From positions 4,841-68,840 of the forward strand of contig DATLUX010000516.1 of NCBI GenBank assembly GCA_035577805.1: a stretch of 64,000 nt of DNA, read 5' to 3'. Origin of the DNA: Verrucomicrobiia bacterium (lineage in GTDB: Bacteria > Verrucomicrobiota > Verrucomicrobiia > Limisphaerales > JADJPG01). The notes under the pieces are model-generated. The model made no database searches. It was given only the letters and a program-made list of their open reading frames with translations, and had not been told where the DNA came from. Shown piece by piece: positions 1 through 9,241 of the stretch (position 1 is its first letter; each line of letters starts with the position of its first letter). The position numbers and the translations under genes were made by a program.

Positions 1-1892
1 TCTCCGCCAAGAATACCTTGGGCATCGCCCAGGCGCTTTACGAGAAGCATAAGGTTCTAACTTATCCGCGCACGGACTCGCGGGCTTTGCCGGAAGATTA
101 TCTGGAGACCGTGAAGCAGACCCTTGGCATGCTGCAAGAGACCAATTACCGGCCGTTTGCGGACGAGATCCTCAATAACGATTGGATCAAACCCAACAAA
201 CGCATTTTCAACAACGCGAAGATCTCCGATCACTTCGCCATCATCCCCACTTCCCTCGCTCCTAAAAACCTCAGCGAACCCGAACAGAAACTCTACGACC
301 TGGTCACCAAACGATTTTTGGCTGTGTTTTATCCCGCGGCCGAATTTCTGGTCACCACCCGCATCACTCGCGTGGAAGGCGAGCCTTTCAAGAGTGAAGG
401 CAAGGTCATGGTCAAGGCTGGCTGGATGACGGTCTATGGACGGGAGGTTGAAACGGAGGACGCGCCCAACCTGGTCCCGGTGCAACCGGCTGAAACGGTG
501 CAGACCATTCGGATCGACGTGAATGCCAACCAGACCAAACCGCCGCCGCGATTCAGCGAAGCCACGCTGCTGACGGCGATGGAAGGCGCCGGCAAACTGG
601 TGGATGACGAGGAACTGCGCGCCGCCATGAAGGAAAAAGGGTTGGGCACCCCGGCGACGCGCGCGGCCATCATCGAGGGATTGATCAGCGAAAAGTACGT
701 GCATCGTCTGGGCCGGGAACTGCAGCCGACGGCCAAGGCCTTTTCCCTGATCACGTTGTTGCGCGGGCTGAGTATTGCCGAACTTTGTTCGCCTGAATTA
801 ACCGGCGATTGGGAGTTCAAACTGCGCTTGATGGCGCGGGGTCAGCTCAAACGCGAGGAGTTCATGCGCGAGATCGCCGACATGACCCGACGCATCGTCG
901 ATCGCGCCAAAGGCTACGAAAGCGATACCGTGCCGGGCGATTTCGACGAGCTCAAAACCCCCTGTCCGAAATGCGGCGGAGTGGTGAAAGAGAACTATCG
1001 CAAGTTCCAGTGCACATCGCCGGGCTGCGATTTTGCCTTGTGGAAAAGCGCCGCCGGCCGCCTCTTCGAGGCTTCGGAGATCGAGGAATTGTTGACGAAA
1101 CGTCAAGTCGGGCCGCTCCAGGGCTTCCGCAGCAAACAAGGTTTCCCCTTTGCTGCGATCATTAAACTCACCCCAGAACTCAAGCCCGAGTTCGACTTCG
1201 GCAACAACGACAAAAACTCAGGCGCTGCCGCCGAGGTCGACTTCAAAGGCAAAGAACCCGTGGGCTCCTGCCCCAAATGTCACGCCAAGGTTTACGAAAA
1301 CGGGATGAATTATATCTGCGAGAACGCGGTGGGCGCCAAGCGCACCTGCGACTTCCGCTCCGGCACGATCATCCTGCAACAGCCGATCGAACGAGAGCAG
1401 ATGGCCAAACTCCTCGCCACCGGTCGGACCGATCTGCTGCAGAAATTCATCTCGAAGAAAAACGGACGGGCCTTCAAGGCTTTCCTGGTCGTAGGCAAGG
1501 AAGGCAAGATCGGTTTCGAGTTCGAGAAACGCGAGCCTAAGGCCAAAGGCGCCGCCAGAGCCAAGGCCAAGGAACCCCCGCCGAAGCTTGATTTCACCGG
1601 CCAGGAACCCATCGGCAAATGTCCCAAATGCGGCGGCCATGTCTACGAAGGCCCCACCGATTACGTCTGCGAAAATTCGCAGGCCGCCACCAAACCCTGC
1701 AAGTTCAAGACCGGCAAAGTCATTTTGCAACAACCCATCGACCGCGTGCAAATGGGCAAACTGCTGGCCGGCGGCAAAACCGATCTTCTCGATAAGTTCA
1801 TTTCCAAGGCCGGACGACCTTTCCCCGCCTATCTGGTGATGGATGAGGCCGGCAAGGCTACTTTCGAGTTTCCTCCGCGTGATGGGGAATAG
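1..1892 (+). CDS. topB: DNA topoisomerase III (type IA), N-terminus outside window
   Basis: The reading frame of ORF 18..1892 stays open to the window edge. Type IA motifs are present: LTYPRTDSR (catalytic Tyr region), [24 protein letters not shown]. The C-terminus has three Cys4 zinc-ribbon + topoisomerase C-terminal-repeat modules (CPKCGGVV.., CPKCHAKV.., CPKCGGHV.., the last two followed by ..TDLL.KFISK..). Confidence 0.85.
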   Translation, partial: SAKNTLGIAQALYEKHKVLTYPRTDSRALPEDYLETVKQTLGMLQETNYRPFADEILNNDWIKPNKRIFNNAKISDHFAIIPTSLAPKNLSEPEQKLYDLVTKRFLAVFYPAAEFLVTTRITRVEGEPFKSEGKVMVKAGWMTVYGREVETEDAPNLVPVQPAETVQTIRIDVNANQTKPPPRFSEATLLTAMEGAGKLVDDEELRAAMKEKGLGTPATRAAIIEGLISEKYVHRLGRELQPTAKAFSLITLLRGLSIAELCSPELTGDWEFKLRLMARGQLKREEFMREIADMTRRIVDRAKGYESDTVPGDFDELKTPCPKCGGVVKENYRKFQCTSPGCDFALWKSAAGRLFEASEIEELLTKRQVGPLQGFRSKQGFPFAAIIKLTPELKPEFDFGNNDKNSGAAAEVDFKGKEPVGSCPKCHAKVYENGMNYICENAVGAKRTCDFRSGTIILQQPIEREQMAKLLATGRTDLLQKFISKKNGRAFKAFLVVGKEGKIGFEFEKREPKAKGAARAKAKEPPPKLDFTGQEPIGKCPKCGGHVYEGPTDYVCENSQAATKPCKFKTGKVILQQPIDRVQMGKLLAGGKTDLLDKFISKAGRPFPAYLVMDEAGKATFEFPPRDGE

Positions 1893-2076
1893 TCGTTCGT
1901 CGCCGGGCGGCACCGGCACGGACCGGTCTGGTGCGCACCCACATCACTAGCACTAGCGATTTATGAGGCCCGAGCGGCATCCGCAGCGGCACGCACCGGC
2001 AGGCAACTCAGCGTCCGCGCCCGGTGGTCCAGATGTCCCTTGGTCAGGTGGGTCGGTTGCAGCAGCTGCCCCCGCG

Positions 2077-3036
2077 GTGAGCGACCTCTGGCTCGATCGG
2101 TTTACGCAACATCTCACGACTGAGCGCGGCGTTTCGCCTTATACCGTTCGCAACTATAGCCAGATCCTCACTGAATTCTTTCGCTGGCATCAGGCCGAGC
2201 GTGGCCAGGCGCCAATCTGGCGCAGCCTGCACCGGGATGACTTCCGCGCGTACCTCCGGTCTCTGGGGCGCCAACAATTGAGCCGGGCGGCCATCCAACT
2301 CCGCTTCAGTGCCCTCCGCACGTTTTATAAATTCCTGGTGCGCCGAGGCGAATTGGACAGTTCACCGGTGCGAAACCTGAATCTGCCGAAACGCGAACAA
2401 CGGTTGCCACGGTTTCTGACGCGCGAACAGATGGAAGCGCTGCTTCAGGCACCGCTGCGCGAGAACTGGTCCGAGCCGAACGTCCCTGGACGGGCGGCCC
2501 GGGGCAAACGCACGGGGCGCCCGGTCGATCCAGCCGCGCCGGTGCGTGACCTGGCGATTCTCGAAACGATTTACTCATGCGGGCTGCGCATTGGAGAGCT
2601 GTGCGGCTTGCGGGTGGAGGACATCCATTGGCAGGAACAATTGGTGCGCGTGCGCGGCAAGGGCCGCAAAGAACGCGTGGTGCCCATCGGCGAACCGGCG
2701 CTGGAGGCGATCCGGTTCTACTGGCAACGGCTGCCGCGGCTGCCTTCGCTGAAAGACCCTGTTTTTCTTCGGTCCAGCGCGGAATTCGTGCCGGTACCTG
2801 CCCGCACGTTGCAAAGTCGTCTCAAACGTTACCTGGAGATCGCTGGGCTCGACCCTCATCTGACGCCGCACAAGCTGCGACACAGTTACGCCACGCACCT
2901 TTTGGATGCGGGCGCCGACCTGCGCAGTGTCCAGGAATTGCTGGGCCACGCGCATCTCGTCACGACCCAAGTCTACACGCACGTCACCACCGAACGCCTC
3001 AAGCGAGCTTATGATCAAGCGCACCCGCGCGCTTGA
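2077..3036 (+). CDS. xerC: XerC/XerD-type site-specific tyrosine recombinase
   Basis: C-terminal catalytic motifs GLRIGELCGL and HKLRHSYATHLLDAGADLRSVQELLGHAHLVTTQVYTHV. N-terminal core-binding domain LDRFTQHLTTERGVSPYTVRNY. The ORF opens at ATG 1963, but the Ala/Pro/Gly-rich leader looks non-coding. GTG 2077 gives a 319-aa XerC/D-sized product. XerC versus XerD cannot be separated by eye. Confidence 0.8.
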   Translation: MSDLWLDRFTQHLTTERGVSPYTVRNYSQILTEFFRWHQAERGQAPIWRSLHRDDFRAYLRSLGRQQLSRAAIQLRFSALRTFYKFLVRRGELDSSPVRNLNLPKREQRLPRFLTREQMEALLQAPLRENWSEPNVPGRAARGKRTGRPVDPAAPVRDLAILETIYSCGLRIGELCGLRVEDIHWQEQLVRVRGKGRKERVVPIGEPALEAIRFYWQRLPRLPSLKDPVFLRSSAEFVPVPARTLQSRLKRYLEIAGLDPHLTPHKLRHSYATHLLDAGADLRSVQELLGHAHLVTTQVYTHVTTERLKRAYDQAHPRA

Positions 3037-3062
3037 AGTCAGCGGGCGGTGCGGGCGGTGAC

Positions 3063-4457
3063 TCAGACTTCCATGACCTGCTGGTAGACCGGTACGATCA
3101 CTTCGGCTTTGGGTTTGAGGTGGCGCAACGTCTCGGCCCAGGGCAGGCATTGGTCTTCATCGCCATGGATCACTGCGATTTTCTTGATCTCGCCGGTCAT
3201 GGCCTGGACGTAGCGGGTCAGTTCGTTCTTATCCGCATGCCCGCTGAACGCATCGATCGACGCAACCCGCGCCCGCACCGGGTAAGGGTCCCCGAAAATA
3301 TTGACCGGATTTTTGCCGGCGAGGATTTGGGCGCCCAGGGTGTGTTCGGCGCAATAGCCGATGAAAAGGATCAGGTTTTCCGGCTGGCCGATGTGATTTT
3401 TCAGGTGATGCCGGATGCGTCCGGCTTCGGCCATGCCGGAGGCGCTGATAATGATGGCGGGACCCTGCAGCTCGTTTAACTTTATCGAATGTGCCACCTC
3501 GCGGATGTAGGTGAGATTCGTCATGGCGAACGGGTTGGCCTTCTCGCGCAGGAACCGATAGATGTCTTGGTTAAAGCATTCCGGGTGCAGCCGGTAAACC
3601 TCCGTGGCGTTGGTGGAAAGCGGCGAATCCACGAAGATCGGCACGGCGGCGCATTCGCCTTCGAGGGTGCATTGGTTCAGTTCGTAGACGATTTGTTGAG
3701 TGCGCCCAACGGCAAACGCCGGGATGATGACCTTGCCGCCCTGGCGCAAGGTTTGGGTGACTAACCGGCGCAGTTCCTCTCCGGCGGCGGCCTTGGCGGA
3801 ATGCACGCGGTTCCCATACGTCGCCTCGATCTGCAGATAATCCACGCGCTCCACCGGCTGCGGATCCCGGAGGATCAGATCGTCCCCGCGCCCCACGTCG
3901 CCACTAAACAGGTAACGAAACGAACGTTGTCCTTCTCGAATGTCCAGGATCACCTGCCCCGCCCCGAGGATGTGGCCCGCATCGCGGAAGGTAACCGTCA
4001 CACCATCGGTGACCGGCATCGGCCGATCGTAACCGAAGGTGACAAACTGGCGGACGGCTTTTTCGGCATCAGTGGCGGAGTAAAGCGGCTCGATGGGCGG
4101 AAGTCCTTTTTTGGCCCGAACGCGGGTGAGAAAGGCGGCGTCGTCCTTCTGAATCTCGGCGGAATCTTCCAGCATGATGGCCGCCAGGTCCCGCGTGGCG
4201 AAGGTGGAGTAAATGTTGCCGGCATAACCGGTTCGACAAAGATTGGGCAGGTTTCCGCAATGGTCGATATGCGCGTGGCTGAGCACCACTCCATCGAGGG
4301 TGGCGGGATCAAAGGGGAACTTGCGGTTGCGCTCGACGGATTCTTCACGCCGCCCTTGGAACAAGCCGCATTCCAGCAACAGTCGGCGGCCATTTACCTC
4401 GAGGAGATACATCGATCCCGTGGTCGTGCGGGTGGCGCCAAAGAAATGGACTCGCAT
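3063..4457 (-). CDS. MBL-fold beta-CASP metallo-hydrolase (RNA/DNA nuclease family)
   Basis: HAHIDHCG (HxHxDH) motif after an N-terminal MRVHFFGATRTTTGSMYLLE.. beta-lactamase fold. Size is about 464 aa, typical of beta-CASP nucleases. The ORF extends to 4583, but that part overlaps the upstream RND gene end, so ATG 4457 was chosen. Confidence 0.8.
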   Translation of the reverse strand: MRVHFFGATRTTTGSMYLLEVNGRRLLLECGLFQGRREESVERNRKFPFDPATLDGVVLSHAHIDHCGNLPNLCRTGYAGNIYSTFATRDLAAIMLEDSAEIQKDDAAFLTRVRAKKGLPPIEPLYSATDAEKAVRQFVTFGYDRPMPVTDGVTVTFRDAGHILGAGQVILDIREGQRSFRYLFSGDVGRGDDLILRDPQPVERVDYLQIEATYGNRVHSAKAAAGEELRRLVTQTLRQGGKVIIPAFAVGRTQQIVYELNQCTLEGECAAVPIFVDSPLSTNATEVYRLHPECFNQDIYRFLREKANPFAMTNLTYIREVAHSIKLNELQGPAIIISASGMAEAGRIRHHLKNHIGQPENLILFIGYCAEHTLGAQILAGKNPVNIFGDPYPVRARVASIDAFSGHADKNELTRYVQAMTGEIKKIAVIHGDEDQCLPWAETLRHLKPKAEVIVPVYQQVMEV

Positions 4458-4500
4458 GCGATTCAGGATTGGAAATCGAAAATTGAAAATCGCAAATCTG

Positions 4501-7500
4501 TCACAGGGCGGTCGCCCCTTTGGCGGCCGGTTGGCTGACGGGTTCGGCGTGTTTGCGGAAGAACCGGGACCCACCCCAATCATCCAGGATCGAATAAGCC
4601 ACCGGCGTGAAAAGCAAAGTCAGGAGCAGGCATAGGGATTGTCCGCCAATGACGATCACGGCCGTAGCCCGCCGTTCTTCGGCGCCGGGGCCGGTCCCGA
4701 GGGCGAGCGGGATCATGCCGGCGATCAAGGTAAGTGTAGTCATGAGGATGGGCCGGAGCCGATCGCGGTTCGCTTGGAGAATGGCGGCGAGCCGGGTTAC
4801 GCCTTCCCGGCGCAGATTGTTCATGTGATCGATCTGAAGGATGGCGTTCTTTTTGACCACGCCGAACAATACCAGCATCCCCAGAGCGGAATACAAATTG
4901 ATGGTTTGGTTGGCGACGTAGAGGGAGACCAGGGCGAAAGGCACGGAGAGTGGCAAGGACAGAAGGATGGTGAACGGATGAACCAGGTTTTCGAACTGCG
5001 ACGCCAGAATGATGTACATCAGGATGACCGAGAGCAGAAACGCCCACAGAAACTCCTGAAAGGTTGTCTCCAGCTCGCGGGCGCGCCCCGACACGCGCGT
5101 GGAATATTCGGGCCCAAGGTTCATGGACGCCACTTCGGCACGGAGCGCCGCGATGCGATCGGCCTGGGCATAGCCCGGGGCGACCGCGGCCCGCAAACGC
5201 ACCAGACGCTGGCGGTCGAGCCGATCAATCCGCGAGGCGGATTGAGCGGGAACGATCTTCACCACGTTATCGAGCCGGATCAAGCCCCCTCCCTGCCTGG
5301 GCACATAAAGCCGGGCGATGGCCGCGGCATCGTTGCGGTCGCTTTCCTGCAAGCGCAACTGGACATCGTAATCGTCGTTCACCGATTCATCCCGGAATCG
5401 GGAGACCTTCTGGTCACCCCCGACCATGATCCGGACGGCCGTGGCGATGTCTTCGGTATCCACGCCCAGGCGCGCGGCGCGTTCGCGGTCGATCTCGATC
5501 TGTAATTCCGGCTTGTCCAGTCGCAGGGTGGTATCGGCATCGAGTAAGCCCAATTGCGGCGCCCGCTGACGGAGTTGTTCCCCGTAAGCCGCCAGATCTT
5601 TCAGCTCGGGTCCGAGCAGAGCAAAGTCGATGTCGTAGTTAGGACCGCCCAGGCTGAAGGTTTGAGGGTTGCGCACCGAGCCGCGCAGGTCCGGAAACTG
5701 TTTCAGGCGCCTGCGAATCTCCATGATCGCGTCGCGCTGCGAGTAATTTCCCTGAAACGCGCGCCAGGGCGGCCAATGCAGCAGGCGTTGCCAGGAGAAA
5801 ATCCGTTCGGCATGCGGCGCCAAGCGGACGTAAAAGCGGGCTCCGTTGACCCCGCCCAGGAAACCGCCGCTGCCGATCGAGGTGAGCACCAGGCGTACTC
5901 CGCGGACAGCGCGGATCTCCGTCTCCACGCGGTTGGCGACTTCTTTCATGGCATCGAGGCTGGCTCCTTCCGGGGCATTCACATAAACGTCGAATTCACC
6001 TTCGTCGGTGTTGCTGGGGACATATTCCTGACGAACCAGCTTGTAGAGAGGCACCGAGGAGGCAATGACCAGCAGGCTGGCGAGGGCCAGCCACCAACGA
6101 TACTGCATGGCCCGCGTCAGCAATCCGGTATAGGTGCGATCCAAGACCGCATAAAATCCGCGCCGGGAGCGGGGTTCAGGCAGATGAGCGCCCGCGCCAT
6201 TGGCGGGGCGCAGGAGGCGGGCGCTCATCATCGGCGTGAGGGTGAAGGAGACCAGCAGGCTGACCAGCACGGCCACGGCCGCCGTGATCCCGAACTGGTA
6301 GAGGAATCGTCCGGAGATGCTCGACATGAAGGAGACGGGCACAAAGATCACCACCAGACTGAAGGTCGTGGCCATGACCGGCAGGCCGATCTCCGCGGTG
6401 GCGGCCCGGGCTGCTTCGAAGGGGGCCATCTTCTTCTCTTCGATGTAACGAAAAATATTTTCCAGAACCACGATCGCATCGTCGATCACGATGCCGACCA
6501 TGAGGACCAGAGCCAGCATGGTCACGCTGTTCAACGTGAAATCCAACGCTTTCATCATCGCGAAAGTGGCAATCACCGAAGTCGGGATGGCAACGGCCGC
6601 GATGACAGTCGCCCGCCAGTTGCGCATGAACAACAGCACCACCAAACAGGCCAGGATGCTGCCCAGGATTAGGTGCCGCTGAATCTCGTGCAACGCCTCG
6701 TAAATGTAACGGGATTGATCCCGGATAATCTCCAGCCGCACGTCCGCCGGCAGCTGGCTCTGGATGGAATGCAGCTTGGCTTTGACTCCTTCGATCACCG
6801 CGACGGTGTTGGCCGCCGATTGTCGCAGGACATCCATGGTCACCGAGGGCACCCCATTGAGACGCGCGGCCGAACGCGGCTCCTTCGTCCCGTCTTCGGC
6901 CCGACCGATGTCCCGGACGCGAATGGGCGTGCCCTTGCGGGTGACGATGGTCAGATCGTTGAAGGCGCGCGCGTCCGGCAGCCGGCCCATGGTGCGAAGG
7001 CTTTGTTCCCGCAGGCTGGTCGTGACATTGCCGCCCGCCACATCCGCGTTTTGACGTTCCACGGCCGCGCGCACCGCCGTGATGGGAATCTGGTAGGCGG
7101 CCAACCGGTCGGCGTCGACCCATATGTTGATGGCGCGTTCGAGGCCACCGATGATCTCGACTTCACCCACGCCGAACGAACGTTCCACCTGCACTTTCAC
7201 CACCTTGTCCGCCAATTCCGTCAGCTCCCGATGCGAACGTTGCCCGGTGATGGCGATGGAAAGAACGGGGGACAGGTTGTTGTCGGATTTGGTGATGATG
7301 GGCGGATCGGCGTCCCGGGGCAACTCGCGCAAGACGGCCGCCACGCGATCGCGCACGTCCTGGGCCGCGGCTTCGATGTCGCGGTTCAGTTCGAAGTTCA
7401 CGTTGATAAAGGACATGCCCGAGCCGCTGATCGACTGGAGCTCTTTGATCCCTTCAACGGTGTTGACGGATTCCTCGATGGGCTTGGAGATCTGGGACTC

Positions 7501-7680
7501 CACCTCGGCCGGCGAAGCCCCCGGCAGTCGCGTGTTGATCCGAACCGTCGGCAGGTCTACCGCGGGAAAGCGGTCCACGGCCAAATGAACGAAGCTGGCT
7601 GAACCCACCACCACCAGGGTCAGAATAAGCATCGACGCGAAAACCGGCCGGCGGATGCAGATTTCGGCGAGCTTTTGCAC
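4501..7680 (-). CDS. RND efflux transporter permease (AcrB/MdtB-like), pump 1
   Basis: 1059 aa with RND architecture: N-terminal IRRPVFASMLILTLVVVG TM1, two large periplasmic loops, and the conserved IVIDDAIVVLENIFRYIE region in TM4. Confidence 0.9.
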   Translation of the reverse strand: MQKLAEICIRRPVFASMLILTLVVVGSASFVHLAVDRFPAVDLPTVRINTRLPGASPAEVESQISKPIEESVNTVEGIKELQSISGSGMSFINVNFELNRDIEAAAQDVRDRVAAVLRELPRDADPPIITKSDNNLSPVLSIAITGQRSHRELTELADKVVKVQVERSFGVGEVEIIGGLERAINIWVDADRLAAYQIPITAVRAAVERQNADVAGGNVTTSLREQSLRTMGRLPDARAFNDLTIVTRKGTPIRVRDIGRAEDGTKEPRSAARLNGVPSVTMDVLRQSAANTVAVIEGVKAKLHSIQSQLPADVRLEIIRDQSRYIYEALHEIQRHLILGSILACLVVLLFMRNWRATVIAAVAIPTSVIATFAMMKALDFTLNSVTMLALVLMVGIVIDDAIVVLENIFRYIEEKKMAPFEAARAATAEIGLPVMATTFSLVVIFVPVSFMSSISGRFLYQFGITAAVAVLVSLLVSFTLTPMMSARLLRPANGAGAHLPEPRSRRGFYAVLDRTYTGLLTRAMQYRWWLALASLLVIASSVPLYKLVRQEYVPSNTDEGEFDVYVNAPEGASLDAMKEVANRVETEIRAVRGVRLVLTSIGSGGFLGGVNGARFYVRLAPHAERIFSWQRLLHWPPWRAFQGNYSQRDAIMEIRRRLKQFPDLRGSVRNPQTFSLGGPNYDIDFALLGPELKDLAAYGEQLRQRAPQLGLLDADTTLRLDKPELQIEIDRERAARLGVDTEDIATAVRIMVGGDQKVSRFRDESVNDDYDVQLRLQESDRNDAAAIARLYVPRQGGGLIRLDNVVKIVPAQSASRIDRLDRQRLVRLRAAVAPGYAQADRIAALRAEVASMNLGPEYSTRVSGRARELETTFQEFLWAFLLSVILMYIILASQFENLVHPFTILLSLPLSVPFALVSLYVANQTINLYSALGMLVLFGVVKKNAILQIDHMNNLRREGVTRLAAILQANRDRLRPILMTTLTLIAGMIPLALGTGPGAEERRATAVIVIGGQSLCLLLTLLFTPVAYSILDDWGGSRFFRKHAEPVSQPAAKGATAL

Positions 7681-7715
7681 GGCGTCAGGCAGGACAACAA
7701 TTCATGGTCGGCACT

Positions 7716-8969
7716 TCAGGGCGCTCGGGAGACCGTTCGCCCCGAACCCACCGGTGGCGAAGTGTCGTCAGTCACCACCGTCATGACCACGGCCTGGCCG
7801 GAACGCAGGTTCCCGGGATCGACCACAATGTTTTCACCGGGCTGGAGGCCGCTCACCACCTCCACCCAGTCGGGCCCGCGCCGGCCGGTGTCCACGGGTT
7901 TCTCGACGGCTTTCCCGTCGCGCACGATGATCACCTTCTCGAGTCCCGCGAACACGACCAGCGCGTTGGCAGGCACGGCCAGGCCGGGGTCATCGGCTCG
8001 CGCCACCAACTGGACGCGAGCGAACAGGCCGGGACGCAAAACGCCCTGGCTCGGCACGTCGGCCTCCACCCGCAGCACTCGAGCTTGCTCATCCAGGGCT
8101 GGACTGACCCGGGTGAGCAAACCATGGTAAATGTTGGTGTCTCCTTCGACGGTCAGGCGGACGGCCTGCCCGGGGTGAACGGCGGCGGATTCACGCTCGG
8201 GGATATCCACGCGCAACCGGAGTGGATCGACCTGCACCAGTTCGGCGACCGGCGCGCCCGCGGCCAGAAATTCACCGGGATCAATCAGCCGAGCCTGCAG
8301 GATACCGGAGAAGGGCGCGTTCACGGTGGTATCGGAGAGTTGCTGTTTGGCCAGCTCATATTCGGCCCGACGCTGGGCGAGGGCGGCTCGCCGGGTCTGA
8401 GCTTCCTCCAAGGCGGCCTCGTATCGGTTGACCGCGACCGTGTAGAGGGATTCGGCGGTGTCCAGTTCGGACTTGGCCAAGACACCTTGCTCGTGCAGGC
8501 TTTTGATCCGCTGATAACTCTTGGTGACTTCGTCCAGCACGGCCTTGGTCTGGCGGCCGGTGGTGGTTTTCTCCGGTTCGAAGCGATCGTCATTGCCGTC
8601 CAAGGGCAGACCCACGGTGGCTCGGGCCTGGGCCAAAGCAGCGGCGGCTTGTTGGACGCGCAGTTCGTAATCGCGCGGTTCGATCTGCGCAATAAGTTCG
8701 CCCTGGTTCAACACGCTCCCAATGTCGACGGCCAGTGTTTTCACCCGTCCGGCGACCTTGACGCTGATCGTAGCCTGCTCTTGCGCTGCCAAGGAGCCGG
8801 TCAGGCTGATCAATCGTTCCATGGGCCTGAGCTCGGCCGTCACCGTCCGCACGGGGCGAGCAGGACCGTTGGCGGCCGTTCGGCCGCCACCCGTCGGTTC
8901 GGAACAGGAGACCAGCAGCGCCGCAAATAAACCCGTGGCAAGCGCGGGCGCGCTGGAGGTCAATGGCAT
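7716..8969 (-). CDS. RND efflux periplasmic adaptor (HlyD/AcrA family), adaptor 1
   Basis: 417 aa. Lipoprotein-like N-terminus (..ALLVSCSE). Alpha-hairpin coiled coil (..AQTRRAALAQRRAEYELAKQQL..) flanked by beta-barrel segments. Lies 35 nt upstream of pump 1 on the same strand. Confidence 0.85.
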   Translation of the reverse strand: MPLTSSAPALATGLFAALLVSCSEPTGGGRTAANGPARPVRTVTAELRPMERLISLTGSLAAQEQATISVKVAGRVKTLAVDIGSVLNQGELIAQIEPRDYELRVQQAAAALAQARATVGLPLDGNDDRFEPEKTTTGRQTKAVLDEVTKSYQRIKSLHEQGVLAKSELDTAESLYTVAVNRYEAALEEAQTRRAALAQRRAEYELAKQQLSDTTVNAPFSGILQARLIDPGEFLAAGAPVAELVQVDPLRLRVDIPERESAAVHPGQAVRLTVEGDTNIYHGLLTRVSPALDEQARVLRVEADVPSQGVLRPGLFARVQLVARADDPGLAVPANALVVFAGLEKVIIVRDGKAVEKPVDTGRRGPDWVEVVSGLQPGENIVVDPGNLRSGQAVVMTVVTDDTSPPVGSGRTVSRAP

Positions 8970-9023
8970 GCTCCAAGTCTACCAGGAAACCGGCACCGGA
9001 AGCCAACAGGGAAAAGCAGTGGG

Positions 9024-9057
9024 AGGAAAGCGGAAGGCGGAAAGCGAAAGCGGAAAC
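9024..9057. repeat. Degenerate GCGGAAA-type heptamer tract
   Basis: aggaaagcggaaggcggaaagcgaaagcggaaacg. Related to the perfect (GCGGAAA)x4 tract at 57229-57256. Confidence 0.7.
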
Positions 9058-9066
9058 GCCTCACCC

Positions 9067-9240
9067 GGCCCCGCAGTCGCGGGGTACGTGTTTAGCGTCC
9101 CCGGAGCGCGGGCTTCAGCCCGCTTCAAGTTGGGAATCGGAGCAAGCGCTTGCAACTCCCACCGCGGCCGACCCGCCGGACATTGAAGCGGCGTAAACGC
9201 CGCGCTCCCTCGCGCGCTAAACAAGTACGTCGCGGGGCCG
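9067..9240. repeat. Long imperfect palindromic intergenic element (family B, copy 1)
   Basis: Outer arms are ggccccgcagtcgcggggtacgtgtttagcg / cgctaaacaagtacgtcgcggggcc. Inner arms are ggagcgcgggcttcagcccgcttcaa (9103-9128) / ttgaagcggcgtaaacgccgcgctcc (9183-9208). It abuts the pump 2 stop codon. Confidence 0.85.
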
Positions 9241-9241
9241 C

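Noticed and set aside
1-3036. Topoisomerase III plus tyrosine recombinase as the edge of an integrative/conjugative element.
   Set aside because: The recombinase has XerC/D-type features. No tRNA, att-like repeat, relaxase, T4SS or other mobility gene is visible, and the downstream genes are ordinary. The window gives insufficient evidence.
8979-9224. ORFs lying inside repeats as candidate small proteins. Examples: 8979..9224 (-), 19218..19727 (+), 33014..33250 (-), 33213..33476 (-), 50051..50296 (+), 51723..51998 (-).
   Set aside because: Their sequences are dictated by the palindromic repeat modules (for example ..NLKRAEARAPG.., ..RRLRRFI.., ..MRVHVMCSWKLSM..) and recur wherever the repeat recurs, on both strands. 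They are repeat-derived pseudo-ORFs.
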